Of a DNA stretch of 64,000 bases, positions 1 to 10,187 are shown in pieces (within the stretch, counting starts at the first letter, position 1; each line of letters opens with the position of its first letter). This DNA is from an uncultured Acidobacteriota bacterium (GTDB lineage Bacteria > Acidobacteriota > Vicinamibacteria > Vicinamibacterales > CAVVIG01). Position numbers and translations under genes: made by a program. The DNA lies in the NCBI GenBank assembly GCA_963729215.1, contig CAVSND010000011.1, positions 2,836 to 66,835 of the forward strand, in the 5' to 3' direction. The notes beneath the pieces are model-generated. The model was not told the DNA's origin. It worked only from the letters and a program-made list of their open reading frames with translations, and did not search any database.

Positions 1-141
1 CGCAGCCAGCGGATCTCTCGCCAGGAGCTCGGACACCGTTTCGTGTGCGTTGACCACTTCGGACATGCCAGACCATCACTTTGGCACCATCGTGGATCAG
101 GCGAGGAGCGGTGTCTTTGCGCTCGCGCAAACGTTGCCGCT

Positions 142-856
142 TCAGCGCTCTGGCAGGTCTTCGGCGAGGGCGACTAGCGCATGAGGCGTCGTCAAAACGA
201 TGCGCTGACGGCCGCTGCGGACGATGCCGCGCTCCTCCCAGGAACTGAGGAGCCGGCTCACGGTGTACAGCGTGGTACCCGTCATCTCGGCGATGTCCTG
301 GCGTGACACGGGGAAGTCGATCTGGACGCCGGCGTCCACGCGCCGTCCTGCTTCCTGCACGAGACGCAGCAATGCGCGCGCGACGCGCCGCTCGACCCGC
401 TCGGTCATGAGTTGGCGGTGTCGGCGCTGCAGGTCGTGCAGTCGGCCGGCGACGAATTGCACGGCGTTGAGGGCCACTCTGGGCTCGATCTCCAGCAACT
501 GTCGCATGGTGCCGGATGTCCACACGAGCGCGACCGCCGGTTCGACCGCTTCCGCGCCAACCGGATACGTGAGATCGCCAAAGGCCCCCGCGCCGCCGAA
601 GGCGTCGCCGGCACAGATGATGCGGAGGACCACCTGGTGCTCTCCGGCGTGAGCTGTGTCAGCTTCACCCGGCCGCTCGTGAGGACGAAAAACGCCTGGG
701 CGTCGTCTCCTTCGTTGAAAAAGAGCTCACCATACCGACCGCTTTCGAGTGCGCCTGATCCCTGATGCGTGCCAGGGCGTCGGCAGCCAATCCTTGAAAC
801 AGGGGCACGTTGTCGAGCTGCCGGGCGATCTCTGCGATGCGTTGGGGAAGGGCCAT
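142..856 (-). CDS. Crp/Fnr-family transcriptional regulator (cNMP-binding domain plus C-terminal HTH); reading frame broken twice (about 730-760 and about 600-640)
   Basis: Three overlapping minus-strand ORFs (665-856, 405-1070, 142-633) together give a contiguous Crp-like protein: 'VPLFQGLAADALARIRDQAHSKA', then 'GELFFNEGDDAQAFFVLTSGRVKLTQL', then 'VVLRIICAGDAFG...RQDIAEMTGTTLYTVSRLLSSWEERGIV'. There is no N-terminal Cys cluster, so it is Dnr/NnrR-like rather than Fnr-like. Confidence 0.6.
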
Positions 857-2073
857 TGGAATCTACGCACCATCCTGCCATAGGGGCCAAATGGACGAGC
901 GTGGCTCGCGATCGGTGTCCGACGAAGTATGTCGTTTGCAACGGTGCCGAGGGTGAACCAGGCACATTCAAGGACCGGTATCTGCTGCGCAAGAACCCGT
1001 ACCAGCTCCTCGAGGGCCTGGCGATTGCCGCCCATGCGATCGGCGCACAGCGAGCGTTTGTCTGTCTCAAGAAGAGCTTCGCGCCCGAGATCGCCGCGGT
1101 TCGACGGGCACTGGCGGAGATGACTGCGGCGAACTCTCTGGGTCCTGTAACCGTCGACGTGGTGCTGGGCCCGGAGGACTACCTGTTCGGCGAGGAAAGA
1201 GCGATGCTCGAGGTGATCGAAGGAGGCGAGGCGATGCCGCGCGAAGCCGATCGCCCGCCGTAGGGTGCACACGGACTCTTCGTCACTGGTCTCGATCGTC
1301 CGAACCCAACGGTCGTCAACAATGTCGAGACGTTGTCGAACGTACCGCACATTCTGGGCCGTGGTGCCGGGTGGTTTCGCTCCATGGGCACGTCGGACAC
1401 ACCCTGAACCATGGTGTTCACGATCTCAGGCGATGTCGAGACACCAGGCGTCTACGAGCTGCCCATGGGCACAACCCTAGACGAGCTCGTCTTGAAGCAC
1501 GGTGGTGGACCTCGGCCAGGTAGGCGCCTGAAGGCCGTGTTCTCCGGTGTCTCGAATGCGGTAATCCTGCCCCCGGCCCTGAACGCCCGGATGGATTTTG
1601 GCTCGATGCAAGCGATCGGCTCGGGCCTCGGGTCCGGAGGCTTCATCGTCTATGACGACACCACCTGTATGGTTCGCTTGGCCCATGCGTTCTCCGAGTT
1701 TCTTCACGCCGAGTCGTGCGGGCAGTGTACCCCGTGCACGTTCGGCACGAATCAAGCAACACGGCACCTACGGAAACTCGTGGAGGGATCAGGCGATTCG
1801 TCCGATCTGGCATTCGTGCTCGAGGGCGCGGCGATGGCTCCGCAAGCCAACCGCTGCTACTTGCCCGTCGAACATTCGCTGGTGGTACCTTCCATCGTTC
1901 GTGCGTTCGGGGAGGAGTTCGAGCAACACTTCAACCGCGGCTGCCGCGGCTGCCGAGACGTCAGGGTGCCGAAGCTCACCGATTTCGATGAGGTGGCGCG
2001 CGCATTTGCGTATGTTCGACGGGCGGGTTCTGCGGGGACGACATCCGAGCATCGCCTCTCGATGTCACGATGA
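780..2073 (+). pseudogene. NuoF/HoxF/FdsB-like NAD(H)-binding FeS flavoprotein remnant: N-terminally truncated, with in-frame TAG (1261-1263) and TGA (1396-1398)
   Basis: Frame-1 translation reads 'KYVVCNGAEGEPGTFKDRYLL...LFGEERAMLEVIEG', then a stop, then '[43 protein letters not shown]', then a stop, then 'TMVFTISGDV...ESCGQCTPCTFGT...'. This matches the NuoF core and its 4Fe-4S motif. The NADH-binding glycine-rich motif upstream is degenerate. The 5' end overlaps the Crp gene on the opposite strand. Confidence 0.55.
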
Positions 2074-2341
2074 CCGTCGGTAACACGAATTGAGCGGTGG
2101 CGCATGCGGACAGTCGACTCGAAGGCGCGGAGGGCTGACGAGGCAAACAAGATGCTCGCCGGACCTCCATCCGTCGGCGTAAACGACAAATATCGTTCAC
2201 CTGTAGACTTGAGCTCGGGTGACGTCGAGCGACGGGAGAACGAAGGCGGTGCGCCGCGGATGCGGTCGAGGGGAGACGCGAGTTCGTCTATCCGTTTCAG
2301 TCGACGGCGGACTCAGCGACTGAGTGCTTATGGAGGTTCCG

Positions 2342-2776
2342 ATGTCTGATGCCCCGCCACAAGAGTCCGCCCATAGACGCCCGCACACAGCGCCGATGGC
2401 CGGTCCGTTTCTCGAATGTGATCTGACGGTAGAGGTCGATCGGCTCCACCGTGAGACGACGTGGGACACGGGTCAGAACGCCAGAACGCTCATAAAGTAC
2501 GACGACTTCCGCGTGGTCCTAACCGTGCTGAAGGCCAATGCTCACGTGCCCGAACACCAGACGACTGGACGAATCTCCGTCCACGTACTGTCAGGACACA
2601 TTCGGCTGAACGCGTCTGGACGCACATTCGATCTTCGATCGGGGAGTTTACTCGCCCTGGATCAGGGAGTCCCTCATGCCGTCGAAGCCCTTCAGGAGAG
2701 CGCGTTCCTACTCACGATCGCCTGGCCTGGCAGGGCGCCGGACTCAATCGGGGAAGCGGAACGACAAGCCGGGTGA
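2342..2776 (+). CDS. cupin-domain protein
   Basis: ATG at 2342 preceded by GGAGG (2333-2337). The translation has a two-His cupin motif ('VPEHQTTGRISVHVLSGHIRL') and lies in a clean single frame. Confidence 0.55.
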   Translation: MSDAPPQESAHRRPHTAPMAGPFLECDLTVEVDRLHRETTWDTGQNARTLIKYDDFRVVLTVLKANAHVPEHQTTGRISVHVLSGHIRLNASGRTFDLRSGSLLALDQGVPHAVEALQESAFLLTIAWPGRAPDSIGEAERQAG

Positions 2777-3329
2777 TGAGACGCCCCTGACGATCTTCAC
2801 GATCGGGCACTCCACGCGCCCGATCGACGAATTCATCCGCCTCCTCAAGGCACACGGCGTGGAGCGCGTCGTCGACGTGCGGACGATTCCACGCTCACGA
2901 CACAATCCGCAATTCAATCGCGACCAGCTGTCTCCGGCTCTGCACCGACGGAAGATTCACTATCGACACATGCCTGGGCTGGGCGGCTTGCGCCGTGCGC
3001 GGCCCGACTCCGTGAACGCCGGGTGGCGCAATGCCAGCTTTCGTGGCTATGCCGATTACATGCAGACCCCGGAGTTCGAAGACAGCCTGGAGAGTTGCAT
3101 TGACCTGGCGAAACGGGAACGCGTCGTCCTGATGTGCGCGGAGGCGGTGCCGTGGCGTTGCCACCGATCGCTGATTGCGGACGCGTTGCTGGCGAGAGGT
3201 ATCAATGCGAGTGAGATTACCAGCCGCATTCGCACGCGGCTTCATTCACTGACGCCGTTCGCACGGGTCAAAGGAACGCACGTCACATATCCTGCAATCA
3301 GAGTGACGTCATCATCGGCGAGCGTGTAA
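2776..3329 (+). CDS. DUF488-family protein; probable start is ATG 2776 overlapping the cupin TGA (TGATG), with a 1-nt frame error in the C-run at 2784-2787
   Basis: The downstream frame gives 'LTIFTIGHSTRPIDEFIRLLKAHGVERVVDVRT...', the canonical DUF488 N-terminus. The only in-frame ATG (2676) would overlap the cupin gene by 100 nt. ATGAGACGCCCCTGA would read MRRP-LTIFTIGHS if one C were restored. Confidence 0.55.
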
Positions 3330-3602
3330 CCAACGTGACGGTGCGCGATATGTTGGAGAGAAGGCCAACACGATGGAGTCTCGTCTCGACTGCAAGCGCT
3401 CCTGGCGATGGAGAAATACATCGCCGCACGTGCCGGACCACATGTAGAAAGAGGCAAGACGCACTTCCCCAGGCAGGTGATCGTCGAAGTGACCTACCTG
3501 GCCGCGACCATCAATGCGTGGAATCGCCCCGCGATCGCGTGGCGGGCACTACCCGGCCATTACCGGGCGACAACGACGATTGCGTAGCCCGGTCGCGCGG
3601 CC

Positions 3603-4904
3603 TTAGAGCCGAGCCGAAGACGGCGTCAGGAACGCGTAGCGCAGGATCCGGATCACATTCACCGTGTCGACGAGGGACGCGGCAAACAAGGACCATGCGG
3701 CGGCGCTGACGAACGGAATGGCATCGAAGGCAAGGCCGCCCGCCAGCGCGGGCACGCCGAACAGCCACAGCACGAACGCGAGTTCCTGCCCTGTGCGCCA
3801 GGGCATCTCGTGCTGCGACGGGACGGGACCCTTGTATCCGGTGTTGGCGTACGCCCAATACCACGCAAAAATCGGCAGCAATCGCCCTTCCATGCCGACG
3901 ACCATCTGCGCCAGGAATCCGACGAGGCCGAAGACACCGTACGCCATCGCGACGCGCAGCGTGTTCGGCGATGGCTCGGCGACTGTGAGCCAGACGCCAA
4001 GCAGGGAGGCGACGGCGAGCCAGACGAACGATGCGCCCGCGTGCAGGACCGCGGGGTCTGGCGTGCGCACCTTGGGCGGACGCGGACGCGGACGGCGCAA
4101 CATCCACACGACCTGCGAGAAAAACGCGGCCAGCGCTCCGACGATGGTGAGCGCAAAGATCCACGCGAACGGACCGCGCCACAACAGTGTGACGAACAGG
4201 CCGGTCACGCCCGTTTGAAGAAGCACCGCGCTGAGCCACAGACGCGGTCCGCTGGGCATGGCTGCGGGCAGAATCATCGGCAGCAGTCGATACGCCACGC
4301 CGACCACCATCATCGTGGCCCAGCCGAGCGCGGCGAGGTGCGCGTGCGCGAAGACGTTGGCGAGCACGAACCCCGGCAGAAAGTGATAGACCTTGTCGAA
4401 TCCGATGAGCACGCCGAGGGTGGCGGCGGCGAGGATGTTGAGAAACGCGAGCATGATGTGCGCGCTGATGGCGCGCGGCAGCGACGCCTGACGCAGGCGC
4501 CGGGCGACGTGAACGCCGACCAGGATAATGCCCGTGCCGACCGTGATGGCCGACCACGCCATGCCGCCGTACTCCTGGAGCCAGAAGTGCGCCACCATGC
4601 CGACGATGCCGATGAGGACGAGGGCAAACGCGGTGTAGTCGAGCCACGTGGCCGGGATCCAGACGCGCAAGGCGACCGGTCCGACGACGTAGAGCGACCC
4701 GAGGATGGAGGCGGTAATCCAGCCGAGCGTCACCAGGTGCACAATCGCCAGCATCCGCGAGTGGTAGAAGAAACCGGACACGCCGCGCGGATCGAGCGCC
4801 ACCGCCAGGCACGCCAGCGCAAACGCGACGTGCGCGACCCCGAAGTAGAGGACCGGCAGCAGGCGCGGCGGCAGTTGGCTGCGGGGTGCCGGTGAGGCGG
4901 TCAC
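3603..4904 (-). CDS. polytopic (about 12 TM) membrane protein with multiple conserved His; possibly NnrS-like heme-copper membrane protein
   Basis: 433-aa ORF in a single frame, highly hydrophobic with repeated His-containing segments ('HLVTLGW', 'HAHLAALGW'). The family assignment is a guess from architecture and context. Confidence 0.5.
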   Translation of the reverse strand: MTASPAPRSQLPPRLLPVLYFGVAHVAFALACLAVALDPRGVSGFFYHSRMLAIVHLVTLGWITASILGSLYVVGPVALRVWIPATWLDYTAFALVLIGIVGMVAHFWLQEYGGMAWSAITVGTGIILVGVHVARRLRQASLPRAISAHIMLAFLNILAAATLGVLIGFDKVYHFLPGFVLANVFAHAHLAALGWATMMVVGVAYRLLPMILPAAMPSGPRLWLSAVLLQTGVTGLFVTLLWRGPFAWIFALTIVGALAAFFSQVVWMLRRPRPRPPKVRTPDPAVLHAGASFVWLAVASLLGVWLTVAEPSPNTLRVAMAYGVFGLVGFLAQMVVGMEGRLLPIFAWYWAYANTGYKGPVPSQHEMPWRTGQELAFVLWLFGVPALAGGLAFDAIPFVSAAAWSLFAASLVDTVNVIRILRYAFLTPSSARL

Positions 4905-4905
4905 G

Positions 4906-5584
4906 TCAGCGGGGAGCGTCTCTCAGCGCCCAGAGCGGGTAGTCGATGCCGGCGAGCCGATTGATGACGATCGCCTGCAGCGTCAGGATGGCCACGGCGA
5001 TCTCGATCACGAGCAGGTGGAACGGTCGTGTCACGATCCCGAGCGAGATGATGAGGGTCGTCGCGCCGGCGGGCGGGTGCGCCGCTTTCGCCAGAATCAT
5101 CAACGCGCCCGTCGACGCCAGCGACAGCGCCGCGGCGCCGACGCGCGCGAGCGACACGCCGGTGGCCATCGCCGGCGGCGCGTCCTGCAGGCCGAACAGC
5201 CACAGCGCACCGTATCCGCAGACGATGCCGATCGCGTGCCCGTAGATCGTGTGCCGAGGGCTGGCGGCCGGCGCGCGCGGGCGTGAAGAAGAACAGAAAC
5301 GCGGTCGGGCCCAGCGAGGGAAACACGAACGGCGTGCGGGACACCATCGCGACCGCCGCCAGGAGCGCGATCGTGATGAAGCCGTTCAGAAACATGAACA
5401 GGGCCCAGATGGGGCGCTCCGAATAACGCGTCAGCAGGTGGGTGATCTGGAGTCGTGCGGCAAGGCTCCGCGCCACCTCCGGGGCGTGGACGACGAGCGG
5501 CGGTCGGGGCGGGCGCTCAGCCACGCGGACCCCACTGGCGGAGGCGCGCGTCGAACGACACCACGTACCAGAGCAGTCCGCCAC
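4906..5584 (-). CDS. HPP-family integral membrane protein; 1-nt frameshift about 5262
   Basis: The N-terminal frame gives '...PSLGPTAFLFFFTPARAGRQP'. The C-terminal frame gives 'RHTIYGHAIGIVCGYGALWLFGL...HPPAGATTLIISLGIV' (HPP motif). Removing one T at about 5262 joins 'QP' to 'RHTIYGH'. The start codon is uncertain. Confidence 0.55.
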
Positions 5585-5756
5585 TCAACACGAACAGCAC
5601 GCCCGACGCGATGGCGGTCGGCACGAGGACGACGAACTGTCGCGCAAACAGCGCGTCGAGCGCCGCGGCGACGAGCCACAACTGGATCACCACGAGCAAG
5701 GCGATGAGGACCAGCACGGCGGAGAAGAGAATCGAGCCCTGCTGCCGGGTTTCCAC
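5517..5756 (-). CDS. small two-TM membrane protein, GTG start 2 nt after the Rieske stop
   Basis: 79-aa hydrophobic ORF ('ILFSAVLVLIALLVVIQLWLVAAALDALF...IASGVLFVLSGGLLWYVV') tightly coupled to the upstream gene. Confidence 0.3.
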   Translation of the reverse strand: METRQQGSILFSAVLVLIALLVVIQLWLVAAALDALFARQFVVLVPTAIASGVLFVLSGGLLWYVVSFDARLRQWGPRG

Positions 5757-5757
5757 A

Positions 5758-6246
5758 CTACACCTCGACGCCCGTCGCCACGAGATCGGCGCCGCGCTGC
5801 TCGATCACAATGCGCGGCAGGCGCCGCGTCGGCGGCCCCGCCAGCGGGAGCCCTTCGCGCGCGGAGAACGATCCCTTGTGGCAGGGGCAGGCCAGCACGT
5901 CGTCGCCGGGCCGGTGGACGACCGCGCACGACAGGTGGGTGCAGACCTGCGAGAACGCGTCGATACGTCCCGCCGCGTCACGCACCAGAATGCACGGGTC
6001 ATCGTCGGTCGGGTAGCGGAACAACAACGAGCCTCCTGGCGCAACCTCGTCGGCGGCAGCGATTCGCCTCGCAGGCGGGGCGGGCGCGCGGCCCGTCAGG
6101 CCGATGAACGCGATCAGGACGTTGACGCTCGCCAGCAGGCCCGAACCGAGCGTGAGAAACTTCGCCAGTTCCCGCCGCGTCATGTAGTTGTCTTCGTCCC
6201 ACCGGACGGGGAAGTCCTCGCGCCAGCGCGGACGTTCGTCAGCCAT
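5758..6246 (-). CDS. membrane-anchored Rieske [2Fe-2S] protein with Tat-like RR motif in its anchor
   Basis: 'CTHLSC...CPCHKGSF' Rieske boxes. The N-terminus '[28 protein letters not shown]' resembles an uncleaved twin-arginine signal anchor. Its ATG overlaps the upstream stop as TGATG. Confidence 0.8.
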   Translation of the reverse strand: MADERPRWREDFPVRWDEDNYMTRRELAKFLTLGSGLLASVNVLIAFIGLTGRAPAPPARRIAAADEVAPGGSLLFRYPTDDDPCILVRDAAGRIDAFSQVCTHLSCAVVHRPGDDVLACPCHKGSFSAREGLPLAGPPTRRLPRIVIEQRGADLVATGVEV

Positions 6247-6872
6247 CAATGGGCCTCCAGCAGTGCCGCGACATCGTACGGATCGGCCGGCGGCTGTGAT
6301 CGCCTGAGCGAGCTGAGGGGAATCACCGCCACGTTCACGCGGGTCACCTCGGTGGGCACCAGGACGAAGACCTTGGTGCGCACCTGCTGATCGCCGAACT
6401 GCCAGTCGTTGACCGCCCGTCCCTGTCGCGTCCGCATGATCTCTTCGATCGTCGTGAACGCCAGCGCGCCCGAGGGACACACGGTGGCGCACATCGGACG
6501 CCGGCCCGTGCTCGTGCGGTCGTAGCACATGTCGCACTTCATCATCTGATCGGCGTCGCCGTCGTACTTGGGCACGCCGAACGGGCACGCGAGCACGCAG
6601 TTCGAGCAGCCGATGCAGCGCGGCTTGAGCGAGCTCTGGACGACGCCCTCGGCGGTCTGCTTGATGGCGTCGGCGGGACAGACCTGCGCGCAGATCGGGT
6701 CTTCGCAGTGCATGCACACCTGCGGCGCCGTCTGCACACTGTCGCGCCGCTCGATCGTTTCGAGGTGGATGAGCGATCGCCCGCGGTGCGTGTCGCATTC
6801 CTCGCACGCCTGCACACAGGCCTGGCACCCGATGCAGCGCGAGTAGTCGATGAAGAACGCGAGCTCGCTCAC
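6246..6872 (-). CDS. 4x[4Fe-4S] ferredoxin-type electron-transfer subunit (DmsB/PsrB/FdhB-like)
   Basis: GTG start overlapping the Mo-subunit TGA (GTGA). Four Cys clusters: '[11 protein letters not shown]', '[14 protein letters not shown]', '[12 protein letters not shown]', 'CDMC...CATVCP'. Confidence 0.8.
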   Translation of the reverse strand: MSELAFFIDYSRCIGCQACVQACEECDTHRGRSLIHLETIERRDSVQTAPQVCMHCEDPICAQVCPADAIKQTAEGVVQSSLKPRCIGCSNCVLACPFGVPKYDGDADQMMKCDMCYDRTSTGRRPMCATVCPSGALAFTTIEEIMRTRQGRAVNDWQFGDQQVRTKVFVLVPTEVTRVNVAVIPLSSLRRSQPPADPYDVAALLEAH

Positions 6873-9093
6873 CGGATGCCTCCGGCCGCCGGCTCGAGCG
6901 CGGCGATGTCGCCGGACGGCTCCGGCGCCTTCGAGACGCGGACGGCGCAGATCTTGAACTCGGGAATCTTGGAGATCGGGATCGATTGCGCGGATCGTGC
7001 AGTTGTTCGCCGATCGGTCGAGCGGCCAGTGATACGGGACGAACACGGTGTCGGGCCGAATGGTTTTCACGACCTGCGCGCGGACGACGATGGCGCCGCG
7101 GCGGCTCTCGACGCGGACGAAATCGCCATCCACGATCCCGAGCGACCCGGCCAGGCGCGGATGGATCTCGCACTGCGGCTGCGGGTACTGGTCGACGAGC
7201 GCGCCGATGCGACGCGTCTGTGTGCCCGACAGATACTGCGACACCACGCGTCCCGTCGTCAGCACGATCGGGTAGTCGGCGTCCGGCTCTTCGGCGGCGG
7301 GCCGCCAGTCGGCCGGCTGAAAATGCGCCTTGCCGTCGGGATGGCCGAACTGCCAGCCTTCGTACAGGCGCGGCGTGCCGGGATGATCGAGCGACGGGCA
7401 CGGCCAGAACACGCCCATCTCGCGATCGATGCGCTCCCACGTGATACCGGCGTAGTCGGCGACGCCGCCTTTCGAGGCGATGCGCAGCTCTTCGAAGATG
7501 TCGCGCGTCGACTCGTACGCGAACTTGTCGCCCGCGCCGAGCCGTTTCGCGAGGTCGCAGATGATCCGCCAGTCCTGCCGCGCGCCCGTCCGGCGGCTGG
7601 ACGACCTGGCGATGATGGATCACGCGCCCCTCGACGTTGGTCGTCGTCCCTTCGTCTTCTTCCATCAGCGAGCCGGGGAGCACGAGGTCGGCGTAGCGCG
7701 CCGTCTCCGACATGAAGAAGTCGATGACCGTGAAGAACTCGAGGCGGCTCAGGGCTTCGCGGATGAAGTCGCCGTCGGGCAGCGACACGGCCGGGTTGAA
7801 GCAGAGCAGCAGCAGGCCCTTGATGCGGCCGTCGTGGATCGCTTCGAGCAGCGGCACGGCCGACAATCCGGTATGCGGGATGGTGGATTCCTCGACGCCC
7901 CACACGCCGGCGATGTATTCCCGGTGCGCCGGGTTCTCGAGGTCGCGCGCACCCGGCAGCTGATCGCATTTCTGTCCCTGTTCGCGCGCGCCCTGGCCGT
8001 TGCCCTGGCCGGTGATCATCGCGTAGCCGCAGCCTTCGCGCCCGATGCGGCCCGTGGCCACCACCAGGTTGATGGCGGCCATGCAGTTCTCGACGCCCTT
8101 CGAGTGGTGCTCGATGCCGCGGGCGTGCAGCAGGAAGCTGGTCTCGGCCGGCCCCCACATTTCGGCCGCGCGCACGATCATCGAGGCGGGCACGCTGGCG
8201 ACCGTCGCCGCGTAGTCCGGGGTGTAGCGCTCGACGATGGCCTCGACGGCGTCCCAGCCGGTGGTATGCGCCGCGATGAACTCGCGGTTGATCCAGCCGC
8301 GCTGCACCATGACGTGGAGCATGCCGTAGAAGACGCCGATGTCGCCGCCCGAGCGCACGGGGATGAAGAGGTCGGCGGTGCGGGCAATCGGCGTCATGCG
8401 CGGATCGAGCACGATGAGCTTCGCGCCGTTCTCCCGCGCCTGCCAGAGATAGTCGGTGGTGATCGGGGCGCACTCGGCGATGTTCGCGCCCGCGACGAGA
8501 ATCACCTTCGCCTTCGGGATGTCGCTCCAGGGGTTGGCGCTGCGATCGATGCCGAGAATCTTCTTCGACGCGGCCGCCGCCGACACCATGCAGAGCCGGC
8601 CGTTGTAGTCGATGTTCGCGGTGCGCACGGCCACCCGCGCGAACTTGCCCATCAGGTACGCCTTCTCGTTGGTCAGCGAGGCGCCGGTCAGCACGGCGAA
8701 GGCGTCCCGTCCGTAGGCGGACTGGATGCGCTGGATCTCGCGCGCGGTACGGTCGAGCGCGGTGTCCCAGTCGATCGGTTGGAAGCCGCGCGCCTCGTCG
8801 CGAACGAGCGGCGTCAGCAGCCGATCCGGATGCTCGTCCTGCATGTAGCGCTTCACGCCCTTGGGGCAGAGCTTTCCCTTGTTGAAGGGGAATTCCTCCC
8901 AGGGCTCGAAGCCGACGATCTTCTCGTCCTTCACCTTGAGCTGGATGCCGCACTGCTGGCCGCAGAAGCAGCAGTGGGTCGGCACGATCCGGTCGGGCTC
9001 GCCGCGCGTGGTCCAGCCGCCGGCCGGTTCCCGGTGGAGATGCGGGCCGAATTGCGCCACGAGATCCGGGATCGACGCCGGCAGTCTGGCCAT
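6869..9093 (-). CDS. molybdopterin (bis-PGD) oxidoreductase catalytic subunit of the Nas/Nap/NarB type; no signal peptide; two 1-nt frameshifts (about 7557 and about 6940)
   Basis: N-terminal 4Fe-4S motif '[12 protein letters not shown]'. Mo-ligand region '[18 protein letters not shown]' matches the Nap/Nas 'RxCMxS' signature. After frame correction the sequence continues '...VVQPPDGR | [31 protein letters not shown]...' and ends '...AIDP | [35 protein letters not shown]'. The ORF-track 1111-aa product is a cross-frame artefact. Confidence 0.75.
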
Positions 9094-10119
9094 TACGCGC
9101 CGCGCCTCCAGAGCGCGTCTTGCGTCAACGCGAGGTTCTTGCGGCGGCAGGCCGGACAGATGTCCTGATAGTGCGCGGTCGTCTCTGTCCGGTGCGCTCG
9201 ACTGTCACCGGCCGCCTCGTATCTGATTCCCAGCTCGCGCTCGACCTGCTTGAGATCGTCGATGTGCATCCGCGACGCGAACGGTTCGCCGCATCGCGCG
9301 CAGCGGGCCGCCTCGCCCTTCGCGCCGGTTTCGCGATAGAAGGCGACGCCGAGCTGCGCGGGCCGCTGGAAGATGTGGAAGAACTTGCCGAACGGCAGGT
9401 ACAGCAGGGTGAAGATCACCGTGACCGCGTGCAGCTGCGACAGGAACACGAAATGCAGCCCGCGCATCAGGTGGGTCGAGACGGTCAGGAAGACGCCGGT
9501 GATCGACACCGCGAAGAGCATCACCAGCGGCAGCAGATCAGCCCCGAACTGCTGGACCGCAAGGGCGCCGCGGTCGCTGGCGCGCCGCCACATCGCCAGG
9601 GACACGCCGATGGCCGACCATCACGAGCACGGCCGAGATGTCCAGCACGTTGAACACGAGCGGCGCAAGCGGACTCGCCAGATCGAACGTAAACACGCGC
9701 AGGCCAAAGACGAACGCCTGGTAGCGCTCCTGCGCGGCCCCCGCCGTCTCGAAATGAATCCACCCGAAGGACAGGGGGAACGTCACCGCCGCGGCGAGAA
9801 TGCAGCCCCAGAAGATGAACCAGTGTGCCGCCCACCGCAACGGCGATCGTTTCTCGATGAACCGCTGCGCGACGATGTTCACGGCGAAGAGTGCGGCGAG
9901 GCGGGAGAGGTTCTGCGCCACGCGCGAGGGCGCGAAGAACAACCGCCAGCCGCGTCGCCAGAAGAGACGCGTGGGCGGTTTCGTCAGCCACATCGAGTAG
10001 CGGTACCCGAGACCGAAGGCCGAAAACACACTGGCGCCGGCGTACGGGACAAGGGCCGCGTCGAAATCCCTGAGCCGCCGGCTGCCGAAGTAGATGCCGG
10101 CGAGGACCAGTGACGCCAT
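9093..10119 (-). CDS. NarI/HdrE/DsrM-like di-heme cytochrome b membrane subunit with C-terminal Cys4 zinc-ribbon-like tail; frameshift about 9540-9605
   Basis: '[12 protein letters not shown]...' has about 4 TM segments, then '[28 protein letters not shown]' (NarI-like His-containing helix), then 'CARCGEPF...CPACRRK'. The stop TAA overlaps the Mo-subunit ATG as TAATG. Confidence 0.55.
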
Positions 10120-10187
10120 GAACAGGCCCCATCCGGTGGCGCGAGCGACGTCAGCGCGGGGAGAAGCCGTCACGGACGGAGTATAGG

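Noticed and set aside
1396-1398. In-frame TGA in the NuoF-like gene as possible selenocysteine
   Set aside because: The position aligns to a conserved Gly in NuoF rather than a Cys/Sec site. No SECIS-like hairpin is evident, and the same gene also carries an in-frame TAG.
2676-2775. ATG 2676 as the DUF488 start (ORF-track call)
   Set aside because: It would overlap the cupin gene by 100 nt and add an unconserved 36-aa extension. The family N-terminus (TIFTIGHS) begins right after a plausible MRRP start at 2776 if one C is restored.
3511-4895. Overlapping 433-aa (minus) and 361-aa (plus) ORFs across the NnrS-like gene
   Set aside because: The Arg/Ala/Gly/His-rich composition is typical of spurious alternate-frame or antisense ORFs in 70% GC DNA. 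The hydrophobic 3603-4904 frame is the coherent one.
5758-9093. ORF-track 1111-aa single protein
   Set aside because: It is a cross-frame artefact. Only the first about 510 aa (Mo subunit N-terminus) and the last about 163 aa (Rieske) are real; the middle is low-complexity Arg/Ala/Pro read-through. The conserved Mo-subunit and 4Fe-4S subunit sequences lie in the other two frames.
7259-9168. 564-aa (minus) and 562-aa (plus) ORFs overlapping the Mo-subunit gene
   Set aside because: Alternate-frame or antisense products with low-complexity Arg/Gly/Asp/His composition. The Mo subunit frame has clear family motifs.
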